64,000 bases of DNA, from positions 1,952,001 to 2,016,000 of the forward strand of contig CBDETK010000013.1 of assembly GCA_965242865.1 (NCBI GenBank). Direction: 5' to 3'. The position numbers were made by a program, and so were the translations under genes. The stretch's first letter is position 1. Every line of letters begins with the position of its first letter. The notes under the pieces were generated by a model that worked only from the letters and a program-made list of their open reading frames with translations, searched no databases and had not been told where the DNA came from. This stretch comes from Candidatus Latescibacterota bacterium (lineage in GTDB: Bacteria > Latescibacterota > UBA2968 > UBA8231). Of this stretch, positions 19,627-29,198 are shown piece by piece.

Positions 19627-21108
19627 TCAGAACGTGGTCTCCTTGGTCGTCATGGGGCACCAGCGCGCCGTGGTCAGGTGGTGCAGCAAGACGCCTTGGG
19701 ATTGGGGCGTGCCAATCTGTTGCAGGGCGGCCGTGCTGTGCCCTTGGACGTAGCGATTTTCGTCGCTGAGAGCCTCGGCCAGCGCATCCGTGGCCGCGGC
19801 GGCCGCCGGGCCGAAGTGGGCCAGCGCGTACGCGGCATTGAAGCGCACCTGCTCGTCTTCGTCCGCGAGCAGGGCCGCCAACGCCGGCACGGCTCCTTCG
19901 GGATGCAGCTCAATGGTTCCGAGGGCCTCGGCCACGTTGCGCCGCACCCATTCGTCCGGGTCATCGCGCAACGCACACAGAGCGGCCGCGGCCTCAGCAC
20001 CCGCCCGCGCTCCCATGTCGCCCAGCGCATACGCGGCAAAACCCCGCACATGGGCGCGCTCGTCGCCGAGAGCCGCGATCAAGGCCGCCACTGCGTCCTC
20101 CCCCACGACCCCCAGCGCATACGCCGCGTGTTCGCGCACGGATTCGCGCTCGTCGTCGAGGGCCGCAAGCAACGGGCCTACGGCGGCCGCACCGATTGCA
20201 CCCAGCGCATACACGGCGTTGAGACGCACAGGTTCGGCCTCGTCGCCCAGCGCGTTGAGCAGCGCGTCGAGGGCTGGGGCGGCCTTTTCCCCGGATGCGC
20301 CGAGGGCATTGGTCGCGGCCAAGCGTTGTTCCAATGTCCCGTTAAGGGACTCGCGCAGTTGCTCGATTGGCCCGTTGGCCTCGGCGCGGCGCGGCCCACC
20401 CGCATGCCAGTCCCATATCCGCGACCACACGACTCGGTGCTTGGCAGAGGGCGCAGAGCCATTGGCCGGCCACCCCGGGGCTTGGGCGTTCCAACTGGGC
20501 CGGCTCGGCTCGCTGAGGCGGGTAAATTGGAACTTCATCATGTAGCGGTTGGCGGCCGAGTGATTGGGCATGGCCCGGTGCCACAAGTCAAAATGCACTA
20601 GGGTACAGGTGCCGGCTGCGCCGCAGACGGGCAAGTGGTGCTCGTCCTTCTCGTCGGCTGCGCGGTCGTTGTAGTAATGGGTGCCGGGCATGACCGCAGT
20701 GGGGCCGTTTTCCACGGTGACGTCTTGGGGATAGTAGAAGATCATCACCCAGCGATTGCGGTGATAGCGCACCTTGTGGTAGCCCCAATAGCTGTCCTTG
20801 TGCCAGCCGCCGCCTTGGCTGCCGGGCGGGTTGATGTGGCAGTGGCGGTGGGCGTGCATGATGTAATCCGGCCCGACCACGGACGCGAGAGCCCCGCGGA
20901 TGACGGGATCGTCAAAGACTTGTTGCAACGCCGGGATGCGGGGCAGGATGTTGTTGCCGGGATTGCCCTCCTTGGCAAAGACCGCTTCGGTGCGCTGGTA
21001 GATGGCTTGGTGGAGGGAGGCGGGCAGGGAGGATTTGAGCGTGAGACAACCCTCGGCTATGAACTGCTGCATCTCCTCGTCGCTGAGAAGGTACTGAGGG
21101 TCTAACAT
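19627..21108 (-). CDS. PhyH-family Fe/2OG dioxygenase fused to HEAT (PBS-lyase) repeats
   Basis: WHKD, ENGPTAVMPGTH, LWHR; C-terminal LxDxxxxVRxxAAYALG repeats; AGGAG RBS. Confidence 0.85.
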   Translation of the reverse strand: MLDPQYLLSDEEMQQFIAEGCLTLKSSLPASLHQAIYQRTEAVFAKEGNPGNNILPRIPALQQVFDDPVIRGALASVVGPDYIMHAHRHCHINPPGSQGGGWHKDSYWGYHKVRYHRNRWVMIFYYPQDVTVENGPTAVMPGTHYYNDRAADEKDEHHLPVCGAAGTCTLVHFDLWHRAMPNHSAANRYMMKFQFTRLSEPSRPSWNAQAPGWPANGSAPSAKHRVVWSRIWDWHAGGPRRAEANGPIEQLRESLNGTLEQRLAATNALGASGEKAAPALDALLNALGDEAEPVRLNAVYALGAIGAAAVGPLLAALDDERESVREHAAYALGVVGEDAVAALIAALGDERAHVRGFAAYALGDMGARAGAEAAAALCALRDDPDEWVRRNVAEALGTIELHPEGAVPALAALLADEDEQVRFNAAYALAHFGPAAAAATDALAEALSDENRYVQGHSTAALQQIGTPQSQGVLLHHLTTARWCPMTTKETTF

Positions 21109-21187
21109 GAGCGGTCTCCTGAGAGGATGGGAACAGAGGCGAGTTCGGCCAAAAGTATCGTTGGAGGCCGGATAGGGCAATCCTACG

Positions 21188-21748
21188 CTAAACCCACTGG
21201 GGCAGTTTATCCAACAGGTGGCGCAGGGCCGCCGCTGGCGTCATCTCGTCCATGTCCAGCGTCACGTGAGCTCGGTCAAAGCCGCCTTGGCGCTCGGCCA
21301 ACAACGGCCTGAGCTGGGCCGTACTTTCGGGCGGTTGCAGCAACAGCGGATGTGGCCCCAAGGCTTGGTGGCGCAGCTTCCAATAGATGCTGGCCAGCGA
21401 CAACTTGAGGTACACCAAGGTCGCTTTGGCCAGCACCTGCCGGAGATTGGCTTCTTTGAGCAGCACCCCATCGCCCAAGACGACGACTCCGGGCGGACGG
21501 GCGACCAAGGCTTGGGCGAGAAAGCGGTCCTCCAACTGGCGCAAAGCCGCTAGGCCCTGCGTCTGCACGAGCCCCACCAAGGACTGACCAGCCGCGTGTT
21601 CGACCCAGCGATCCACATCGATGAGGGGCAGGCCGCTCAAGGCGGCCAAGTCGCGGCCCAACCCGTGTTGATCAACGCCTGGGAAGCCGATGAGGACCAC
21701 CGGACGCCGCAACAGGACGAGCGGCCCCGGCTCGTAGTAATTGGACAA
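21188..21748 (-). CDS. Shikimate kinase-like protein with degenerate P-loop
   Basis: VVLIGFPGVDQHGLGRDLA..LIDVDRWVEHAAGQS..RQLE..LGDGV; GKS/T is absent; TTG start. Confidence 0.7.
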   Translation of the reverse strand: MSNYYEPGPLVLLRRPVVLIGFPGVDQHGLGRDLAALSGLPLIDVDRWVEHAAGQSLVGLVQTQGLAALRQLEDRFLAQALVARPPGVVVLGDGVLLKEANLRQVLAKATLVYLKLSLASIYWKLRHQALGPHPLLLQPPESTAQLRPLLAERQGGFDRAHVTLDMDEMTPAAALRHLLDKLPQWV

Positions 21749-22069
21749 GGCGTCAGCGGCTTTCTCGATTGCCGTCCGTGGCGATAGCGGAGATGAGCAC
21801 GGATTAGCTCCTCAGTATGCGCCCTAAGTACGCGACACCAGCCACCTGCCTTCCATCCCGGATGCAGCGGGAACCGCCGAAAACGCGTACGCAAAGTAGG
21901 GACACGGCATAAGTTCCTTGGACAATGACAATTTCCCCTAAGCCTGCATCAACGTCAAAAGCGAAGATTTGTACACCGGATCGCCGCCCAGAGAAGCCGG
22001 GGCGCGTTGTGATTGTTCATCCGCCCCTGTATTATTTAACAACTTTTCCAATAACAAAGGAACGCCTCC

Positions 22070-23077
22070 ATGCTGACCATCGGCCCCGGTCCCGATCCCT
22101 ACTTTGCCTACAAAATCCACCATGTTGAACGGGCCAAAACCGCTTGGGTCCTCTCCGAGGAGTTTGGCCTATACGAAGCACTGCGCGACGGACCGGCGAC
22201 CATCGCGCAAGTCAGCCGACGGATCGGCCTACAGGACCGGCCTACCGCTGTGCTCCTAGCGGCCAATGCCTGCCTCGGCGTTTTAGGCCTAGCGAACAGC
22301 CGGTACTATATCTACGACGTGATGCGCGAAATGGTCCTAGAAGGGGGCCGAGCTCGCACCGTGCCCCGTCCTCCCGACCCGGAAAAAGACTGGTGGTATC
22401 GGGTCATGAAGCAAGCCCTGCACACCAACGCCCCGGTGCCCGAAGCCCTGCCAGCGTGGCTGACCAATCCCCAAGGCAATGAGGACACCACGGCTTTCGC
22501 GCCGAGCCGCCACGGCTGGCGCATTCTGTGGGGGCAGGCCCTAGCCGAGGCCCTAGACTTCCGTCCATTTCGCACGGTGGCGGATCTGGGCGGAGCCACC
22601 GGCGGGGTGCTGGTCGGCCTGACTGAGCACTGTCCGCACCTGCAAGGCATTGTCGTGGACCTGCCCTATAGCCAAAAAACGGCCGAGGCGGCCATTCGGC
22701 AGAGCAACGCACAAGAGCGGGTGCGCTTTCACGCCGCCGACTTCTTCCGCGATCCCCTTCCGGCTGGAATCGATGTGTTTTTCATGTCCCACGTGATCCA
22801 CGATTGGGATCCCGAACACTGCATCGAGTTGCTGCGCCGCTGCTACCAAGCCTTGCCCGTAGGCTCGCCGGTACTCGTGCAGGAATACCTGCTCAATGAG
22901 GACAAAACCGCAGGTCTGATCGCGGTGTTTCAGTGGTTCGGGCTAATGTACGGAACGATTGGCGACCAGCGCACCGGGCCGGAAATCGAAACGCTGATGG
23001 CCCAAGCCGGCTTCCGCGAGACGGAGTGCCGCCCCCTCGACCACGAGCAGGGAATAGTGATCGGCTGGAAGCGCTAG
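22070..23077 (+). CDS. SAM-dependent O-methyltransferase (Methyltransf_2)
   Basis: VADLGGATG, ADFF, SHVIHDWD; N-terminal dimerisation region. Confidence 0.9.
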   Translation: MLTIGPGPDPYFAYKIHHVERAKTAWVLSEEFGLYEALRDGPATIAQVSRRIGLQDRPTAVLLAANACLGVLGLANSRYYIYDVMREMVLEGGRARTVPRPPDPEKDWWYRVMKQALHTNAPVPEALPAWLTNPQGNEDTTAFAPSRHGWRILWGQALAEALDFRPFRTVADLGGATGGVLVGLTEHCPHLQGIVVDLPYSQKTAEAAIRQSNAQERVRFHAADFFRDPLPAGIDVFFMSHVIHDWDPEHCIELLRRCYQALPVGSPVLVQEYLLNEDKTAGLIAVFQWFGLMYGTIGDQRTGPEIETLMAQAGFRETECRPLDHEQGIVIGWKR

Positions 23078-23318
23078 ACGTTAGCGGTCCGGCAACGACT
23101 TTCATGCGAGTAGCCTCCTTGTTATCCCCACTGGTAATGCGGGCCCCAAGCCCCTGTATCGGTTCGGAGCGACAACCGAGCGTGAGGGGGGCTTACTCCC
23201 GCCCGGTGCCGGCGGCATGCCCGTGCCCACTCATCCAATGACGCACGACGCGCCCCTCACGCATTCCTTTCAGATTGGCCAAGCTAACAAGGAATCGGCA
23301 ACATACAAATGACCCCTA

Positions 23319-23563
23319 GAGGCGTCAAGCAAGACGATCCAAAAGCAACATGAGTTTTCAGAACGCTTCTTAGGCTTACGCGACACGTACTTTGCGTCTG
23401 CATTTTCTGGTGCGTCCGGAATCGAGGGCAAGATGCCCTCGATCCTTGGAAAGCTAGAATTCCCGCCCCGTGTCAGGGCACGGGGTGACGTTCTTGCGGG
23501 AAGGACAGCGACCGGCTCTATCGCTTGTTCAACACGACCCAAGGTAGGTTTGCAGACCGCCTC
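23319..23563. mobile_element. Degenerate or composite MITE-like repeat related to 14031-14162
   Basis: Right end GTTCAACACGACCCAAGGTAGGTTTGCAGACCGCCTC-TAA parallels GTTCAACATGTCCCAAGGTGGGTTTTCAGACAGCTTC-TAA; internal palindrome GAGGGCAAGATGCCCTC. Confidence 0.55.
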
Positions 23564-23573
23564 TAAGAGGGGC

Positions 23574-24446
23574 CTATTCTGAGTAGTCGTATTTCCGGTT
23601 GCGGCTGATGTAGTCGATTGGGCCATCGACAAATTCCGCCACCGTCTCCAACGCACTATCCGCAAACAGGGCTTCTGTCCCTTTGGGAAACAAGAGCGGC
23701 TTTCTCGCATGCCACCAGCGCACCCAGTGGATCATGGCGATCATCGGGCGGGGCTGGTCTGTGCAGTTGGGCATGCCGCGATGCCAGAGACGTATGTCGC
23801 GGAGCAGCACGCTGCCAGCAGGTACGCTCGGCTGTAGAGGGTTGCACTCGGCGCGGCGTCTTTCGACTGCGGGCGGCAGCTTGATGTCGCTGTCGTTCAC
23901 GGCGCGGGTGTCGTCGTTGATGGCGCGGGTGGTGTCTAGGTGGGTTCCGGGCCACAGTTCGGTGCTGCCGTTTGCGGGTGTGGCATCGACGACCGGCACA
24001 TTGACGACAACGCCATAGGTCGGCGTCGCCACTTTGAGGTTGGGCCAGAGCTGACCCGCGTCCACGTGGAGGGGTTGCTGGGTGGTGTTGGGTAAGCAGG
24101 TGTTGCCGCTGTAGAAGGCGTTTTTGACGCCCGCGCCGAGTACGGCCTGCGTTACTTCGACGACGAGGTCGTTGACCAGCACGGCGCGGAAGAGGTACGG
24201 CGGGAAGGGCGGCGGGTCCTGCTGTAAGTGGCCGTTGTTGAACTGATAGGGGACATCTGCGAGGTCGAGGATCGGTTCGACATCGGCGAGCATGCGCTCG
24301 CGCAACACTTCGATATGCGCGGGATCAATGGCGCGGTGCAGGACGACAAAGCCATCGTCGCGCAGGGCGGCAACCGCCTGTTGCAGGTGCTCTGGTTTTA
24401 GCTTGCGGGCGCAGTGTTCGGCCGCGCTCAATTCCAACTCGATCAT
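23574..24446 (-). CDS. PhyH-family dioxygenase
   Basis: QPLHVD, NGSTELWPGTH, LWHRGMPN. Confidence 0.9.
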   Translation of the reverse strand: MIELELSAAEHCARKLKPEHLQQAVAALRDDGFVVLHRAIDPAHIEVLRERMLADVEPILDLADVPYQFNNGHLQQDPPPFPPYLFRAVLVNDLVVEVTQAVLGAGVKNAFYSGNTCLPNTTQQPLHVDAGQLWPNLKVATPTYGVVVNVPVVDATPANGSTELWPGTHLDTTRAINDDTRAVNDSDIKLPPAVERRRAECNPLQPSVPAGSVLLRDIRLWHRGMPNCTDQPRPMIAMIHWVRWWHARKPLLFPKGTEALFADSALETVAEFVDGPIDYISRNRKYDYSE

Positions 24447-24451
24447 AGCAT

Positions 24452-25441
24452 TCAGGCGCAGGTTGGGTCTTCCAGCGGCCAGCGATTGAAGGAAGGCAAG
24501 TTTTTGCCCGTCAGCTTTTCCCGGGCGTCATACCACGATTGCGCCCAAGCCACGGGGTCGCGCAGTTCGCTTGAAGGGTCTTTGCGGCTGCGGGCGACAA
24601 ACCCGGGAAAGAGCGGGCGGCCGCTGGGCTGGCCAGTGGGATTGTAGCGGAGATCAAAGCTGATTCGCACCTGCTCGCTGACGTTGGGCAACGACGAATG
24701 GCAAGTCCGCCGGTGCATGAAGAGCACATCGCCGCGCTTCAACTCGGCGGTGACGACGCGGTCGAGAGCGAGGTCTTGGTCGCGGATAAAGTGGCCGACG
24801 CCCCTGAGTGAGCAGTGGTGCAACAGCCCGTCGCGGTGGCTGCCGGCGACGACTTCGATGCAGCCGTGCTCGCGAAAGGCATGGGTCAGCGGCACCCACA
24901 CGGTGAGCATGTCGGTCGCGTCGGCTTCGGGCAGAACCACGCCGTTGTCTTGGTGCCAAGGCGTAGCGCCGACGGCAAAACCGGCGATGCGGCCATGGTG
25001 GTCTTTGGGGATGCCGGGCAAGTACTGCTCGGGCGGTTTGATGCGAATGTGCTGGACGGGGTTGGAGTAGATTTCCGGGCCGATGAGATTTTCGATGATG
25101 TCGAGGAGCTTTTCGTTGCGCAGCATCGCGAAGGTGGCCGGGCCTACCGCGATGGGCGAGTCCGCGCAGATGCCGCCTTGAGGCAGCGAAATGTCGAAGT
25201 GCTGGGCGTAAATTTGGCCGGTTTCGTTGTATATCTGGCAGAGCCGCTCGTCAAAGCCGAGGTCGGCGTAGGTGGAAGCGAGCTGACCTGCGGCGAAAAG
25301 CTCGTTGGCGAGGCTGTCGAGGACTTCATCGTATTCGGCCAACACGGGATCGATGTCGGCCGCGGGGTCGAGGAGGTCTTCGACGAGAACGAAGCCGCGC
25401 TCGCGGTAGTGGTTGAGTTGGAACGGGGTTAATTGGGGCAT
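24452..25441 (-). CDS. PhyH-family dioxygenase
   Basis: TPWHQD, TVWVPL, GCIEVVAGSH, HSSLPN, RISFDLRY. Confidence 0.9.
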   Translation of the reverse strand: MPQLTPFQLNHYRERGFVLVEDLLDPAADIDPVLAEYDEVLDSLANELFAAGQLASTYADLGFDERLCQIYNETGQIYAQHFDISLPQGGICADSPIAVGPATFAMLRNEKLLDIIENLIGPEIYSNPVQHIRIKPPEQYLPGIPKDHHGRIAGFAVGATPWHQDNGVVLPEADATDMLTVWVPLTHAFREHGCIEVVAGSHRDGLLHHCSLRGVGHFIRDQDLALDRVVTAELKRGDVLFMHRRTCHSSLPNVSEQVRISFDLRYNPTGQPSGRPLFPGFVARSRKDPSSELRDPVAWAQSWYDAREKLTGKNLPSFNRWPLEDPTCA

Positions 25442-25453
25442 GGCCGGACTCTC

Positions 25454-25675
25454 CTACAGGCCGAGATGCTTGATTTTCTGAAGTTCCTTTTGAATTTCAG
25501 GATCCGCGGCCATTTTACTCAATTGGGCATCGACATGAGTATCTATATCCGTTTTACCAGAAGAAATATCAGTTCGCATCCGGTGGCTCACTCGCTCAAT
25601 AAGCAGCAACCGCTCATCTAAAGACAAACGACAAATGTTTTCTTCTAATTCAGCAAGAAGAGATGGCTTAGACAT
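25454..25675 (-). CDS. Small hypothetical protein, antitoxin-like, no partner toxin
   Basis: AAGGAGG RBS; MSKPSLLAELEENICRLSLDERLLLIE...MAADPEIQKEL. Confidence 0.5.
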   Translation of the reverse strand: MSKPSLLAELEENICRLSLDERLLLIERVSHRMRTDISSGKTDIDTHVDAQLSKMAADPEIQKELQKIKHLGL

Positions 25676-25689
25676 CCCGTTCCTCCTTG

Positions 25690-26277
25690 ATATAGCATCG
25701 CCCCAGTGTAGATGCGACTCGTCGACAAAAAAGGCACTCAGACGCCCCGCTTGGAGATCTGGCATATACGCGGCTAGTTTTTTTTACTCTCGGCGCGCCG
25801 TGCGACCCCCTGGCGCGGGTCGGCTTGGGGCGAACGGGCGTGGGGCTTCTTCCGACGATAGCCCGCCTGCGAGAGCAGATCATAGTAACGCTGCGAGGAG
25901 CGATAGACCACGCCAAACTGCGTTTGGATATAGGAGGCCAACGACGCCACCGAGGGCTGTGATGGGGTGGCTAACCAGCGGGTGATTTGCGCTCGCTGAG
26001 CGGCCGACAAATAGGACGGCGAGCCTTTATAGCCTAAGCGCAAGCATTCGACCCCCTCAGATAGATACCGCTTCTTCCACGTACTGATGAACCCCGACGG
26101 AACGCCGAGCACCGCTTGAATCATACCTTGTTTGACCCCCAACAGAGTCATCTGAACCGCTACTGCACGTTTGAGTTCGCGGGCGTCGGGGTTGCTGGCG
26201 ATAAAATCGGATAAAGAACGATCAGAAACCAGCTGAAAACACTCCTGAAAAAGGGACGATAGAAAACGAAACGACAA
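25690..26277 (-). mobile_element. Truncated IS630-family element
   Basis: ORF A (RELKRAVAV..FISTWKKRY..GVECLRLGYKG..FGVVYRS) ends at an A8 run; the start of the DDE ORF (FFVDESHLHWGD) is cut off at ~25690. Confidence 0.8.
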
Positions 26278-26315
26278 TATAAAAAGAAAACCTTAACCTT
26301 TCAAGGCATTTCGGA

Positions 26316-26777
26316 TTGCTATATCTACGGATTATTAACCCCCGCGTGGCGGAAATCGCGGTAAGTGGCGACAAAGCCTACTTGGACATCGGATTGAAGA
26401 AAATGATGCCGCTGAATATGTTCGGCAGTGGCATGATCCGCGCCGCAACCATTCTCTCGCTATCCATTTTAAGGGCCGAACAAATTCTCCTCATCGATGA
26501 ACTCGAAAATGGCCTTCACTATCGAGCCATTCTGCCGCTCCTAAAGACACTTCTCGAATTTTCTCGCGAGCAGCACTTGCAGATTTTCGTCACCACGCAC
26601 AGCCGCGAAATCCTCAAAGCACTGAAAGATGTGCTGAACTCGCCCGAATTTTTCGGTTATCGGCAGACGACAAACTGCTACGTATTGCAGAGAGATAAGA
26701 GCGGATTGGTGCGTTCCTATAAGTACGAGTACCATCAATACGAGCACAACATTGAGCACGATATAGAGATCAGGTGA
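26316..26777 (+). pseudogene. C-terminal half of an AAA_21/AAA_15 ABC-type ATPase
   Basis: Signature FGSG, Walker B LLIDELENGLH, QIFVTTHS; no Walker A; 5' side abuts the IS630 remnant. Confidence 0.75.
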
Positions 26778-27077
26778 TGAGTAGCCAATGGCAGATATTC
26801 GTCGAAGGACCGGACGATCGAGCCTTCCTCAAGGGCCTGTTACAACACCTGAACATTTCCAACGTCAACACGTCTATCATCGGCGGCGGTGTGGCGGAGT
26901 TTGCGAAACCTCAACACGCCATATAAACTTCCCAATCAAAAGGCGCGAATTTATGCTTACTGCGAAGCACTCGGCATTGAGACCCGTGCAAGTACGCGGA
27001 AATACGTGAATTCACCATATTGGAACCTGAATGCGCCCGATCTGAAACCGCTGAAAGAGTTTCTTCGCGCCCTGTAA
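26777..27077 (+). pseudogene. DUF3226 (TOPRIM-like) protein, internally deleted and frameshifted
   Basis: TGATG coupling; MSSQWQIFVEGPDDRAFL..IIGGGV, then KARIYAYCEAL..YWNLNAPDLKPLKEFL in another frame. Confidence 0.7.
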
Positions 27078-27093
27078 ATCGCCCTTCCGAGTA

Positions 27094-27903
27094 TTAAATT
27101 AGTGCCCGCAACGCCGCGGCATATTGCCCCAACACCGCATCGGCCCGATCTCCACTCCCCCGCTTGTAAATCACTTCCACCGAGCAATACCCAGCAAACC
27201 CAGCGTCAGCAAGTAAGCGCAGCGGCTCGGCGTGATCAAAGACGCCCGCGCCCAGCACCTCGCTGACCTGCACCTTGCCAGCGACGATCAGCCCATCGTG
27301 GGCGTGGATGTGGCGCGTGTGTGTGCCCAACAGCCGGAAGCTCTCGGCGGGAGCTTCCAACATCCGCTGCGTGTGCATAAAATCCCACAGCACCTGCAAA
27401 TTTGGGTGCCCAGCCCGCTGAATGACCGTGCACACCGGGACCGAGCAGCACCAGTCGTCGTGCGTCTCCAGCAGCAAGGTCACGCCGCGTTCAGCCGCGG
27501 CCGGCAATACCTGTGCAAAGCCCTCGACCACGTAATCGACGACCGCTGTCCACTCGCGGCTCCGGTCGCGCGGGCCGCCGAAAACCCGCACCAAGCCACA
27601 GCCCAAATCAGCCGCCAAGTCAATGTACTTTTTCACGGCCTCCACGTGCCCAGCCCGCTCGGCCCCATCGGGCGCAGCCATCCGCGCCCCGGTCGCAATG
27701 CAGCAGATTTCTAGGCCCTCGTCCTCCATGCGCCGGCGAATGTCCCGCCGCTCTTTGGCCGCCAGCGCAGCCTCAATGCCGCAGGCGTGATCCCACTCGA
27801 CGCGCGGCTCAAACCCCTGATAGCCGTGCCGCTTCATGCCAGCGACGACCTCGGCCAAGGTCCAGTCTGGACACGCGCTGCTCATAGTCGCCAATTTGAT
27901 CAT
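27094..27903 (-). CDS. Sugar-phosphate isomerase/epimerase (AP endonuclease 2 TIM barrel)
   Basis: YIDLAADLGCGLVRVFGG, LLETHD, LWD..H, HIHAHD, SVE. Confidence 0.85.
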   Translation of the reverse strand: MIKLATMSSACPDWTLAEVVAGMKRHGYQGFEPRVEWDHACGIEAALAAKERRDIRRRMEDEGLEICCIATGARMAAPDGAERAGHVEAVKKYIDLAADLGCGLVRVFGGPRDRSREWTAVVDYVVEGFAQVLPAAAERGVTLLLETHDDWCCSVPVCTVIQRAGHPNLQVLWDFMHTQRMLEAPAESFRLLGTHTRHIHAHDGLIVAGKVQVSEVLGAGVFDHAEPLRLLADAGFAGYCSVEVIYKRGSGDRADAVLGQYAAALRALI

Positions 27904-28016
27904 GGTACTCGCTCTCCTTCGTAGCGTTGCGAATTTAACCAATGGACGGGATAGACGGGATTGTATTGTTTTATTCCATCCCCTGTCAAACACTCCCAAC
28001 GGATGCAAGGCCCCTC

Positions 28017-29006
28017 ATGCAAATCGGCACCACCCTCACTCGCTTCGTCATCGAACAAGAGCGGCAGCACCCCGAAGCCACCGGCGAATTCACCGGCCTA
28101 CTCACCGACCTGACTAGCGCGGCCAAAATCATCTCCCGCGACGTAAACAAAGCCGGCCTCGCCGAAGTAATGGGCCTGACCGGCCGCACCAACATTCACG
28201 GCGAAGCCGTGCAAAAGCTCGATGCGTTCGCCAACGCCACCGTCATCCGCACCACCGACCACACCGGGCGACTGGCCGGCATGGCTTCCGAAGAGATGGA
28301 CGACATGTACCCCATCCCGGCAAGGCATCCACGCGGTAACTACATCCTCGTCTTCGACCCGGTGGACGGATCGTCCAACATAGACGTGAACGTCTCCATC
28401 GGCACCATCTTCTCCATCTACCGCAAGAAAAGCACTGACGGCGTTACCCACGCAGACTTCCTCCGCCGCGGCCGCGAGCAAGTCTGCGCTGGCTACATTA
28501 TCTACGGCTCCAGCACCATGCTAGTCTATACCACCGGCAGCGGCAGCCACGGCTTTACCCTCGACCCAAGCCTCGGCGAATTCCTGCTCTCCCACGAGCA
28601 CATCCAGACCCCGGAACGCGGCCGGTACTACAGTGCAAACGAGGGCAACTATCTCAAGTGGGACCCGCCGGTGCGCCGCTTTGTCGATCAGCTAAAGGAA
28701 GGGCCGCACCCCTACTCGGCGCGCTACATCGGCTCGCTCGTGGCCGACTTCCACCGCAACCTGCTCAAAGGCGGCATCTTCCTCTACCCAGGCGACAGCA
28801 AGGCGCCCAGCGGCAAGCTGCGGCTCTTGTACGAAGCCGCGCCTCTCGCCTTTGTCGTCGAACAGGCCGGCGGTGCAGCCTCCAACGGAACCCAGCCCAT
28901 CCTAGACTTGCCGGCGACCGAGTTGCACCAGCGAACTCCCCTGTTCATCGGCAGCCGAGACGACGTAGCCACACTAGAGCAATTCATACGCGGCGAGCGG
29001 GCGTGA
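28017..29006 (+). CDS. fbp: Fructose-1,6-bisphosphatase class I
   Basis: QKLD, ASEE, FDPVDGSSNIDVNVSIGTIF, RYIGSLVADFHR, GKLRLLYE. Confidence 0.97.
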   Translation: MQIGTTLTRFVIEQERQHPEATGEFTGLLTDLTSAAKIISRDVNKAGLAEVMGLTGRTNIHGEAVQKLDAFANATVIRTTDHTGRLAGMASEEMDDMYPIPARHPRGNYILVFDPVDGSSNIDVNVSIGTIFSIYRKKSTDGVTHADFLRRGREQVCAGYIIYGSSTMLVYTTGSGSHGFTLDPSLGEFLLSHEHIQTPERGRYYSANEGNYLKWDPPVRRFVDQLKEGPHPYSARYIGSLVADFHRNLLKGGIFLYPGDSKAPSGKLRLLYEAAPLAFVVEQAGGAASNGTQPILDLPATELHQRTPLFIGSRDDVATLEQFIRGERA

Positions 29007-29088
29007 ACGGTATCGCTTCTGCATAAAATTTCAGTAGGTTGCGGACAGACCCTTGCCAAATGGTATCATATCCGTTACCTAATTGTCG

Positions 29089-29193
29089 ATGATCGAGATC
29101 AGGGAATACATCGATCCCAAAGGACGTAGTCCCATCGAGACTGCCCAGGAGTTCTGGCGAGAATACAAACGACGCAAGCGACAGGAGGTTTGA
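29089..29193 (+). pseudogene. Addiction-module killer (RelE/HigB-like) toxin with in-frame central deletion
   Basis: 34 aa: N-terminal MIEIREYIDPKGRSP joined directly to C-terminal IETAQEFWREYKRRKRQEV. Confidence 0.75.
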
Positions 29194-29198
29194 AAATC

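Noticed and set aside
21637-21894. Small ORF upstream of the aroK-like gene
   Set aside because: No recognisable motif or RBS, and it overlaps the aroK-like CDS.
23270-23710. 146-aa minus-strand ORF
   Set aside because: It spans the repeat element and overlaps the PhyH gene; no family features.
25454-25765. 103-aa ORF as a single gene
   Set aside because: The first part is the IS630 DDE stub; a strong RBS marks a separate start at 25675.
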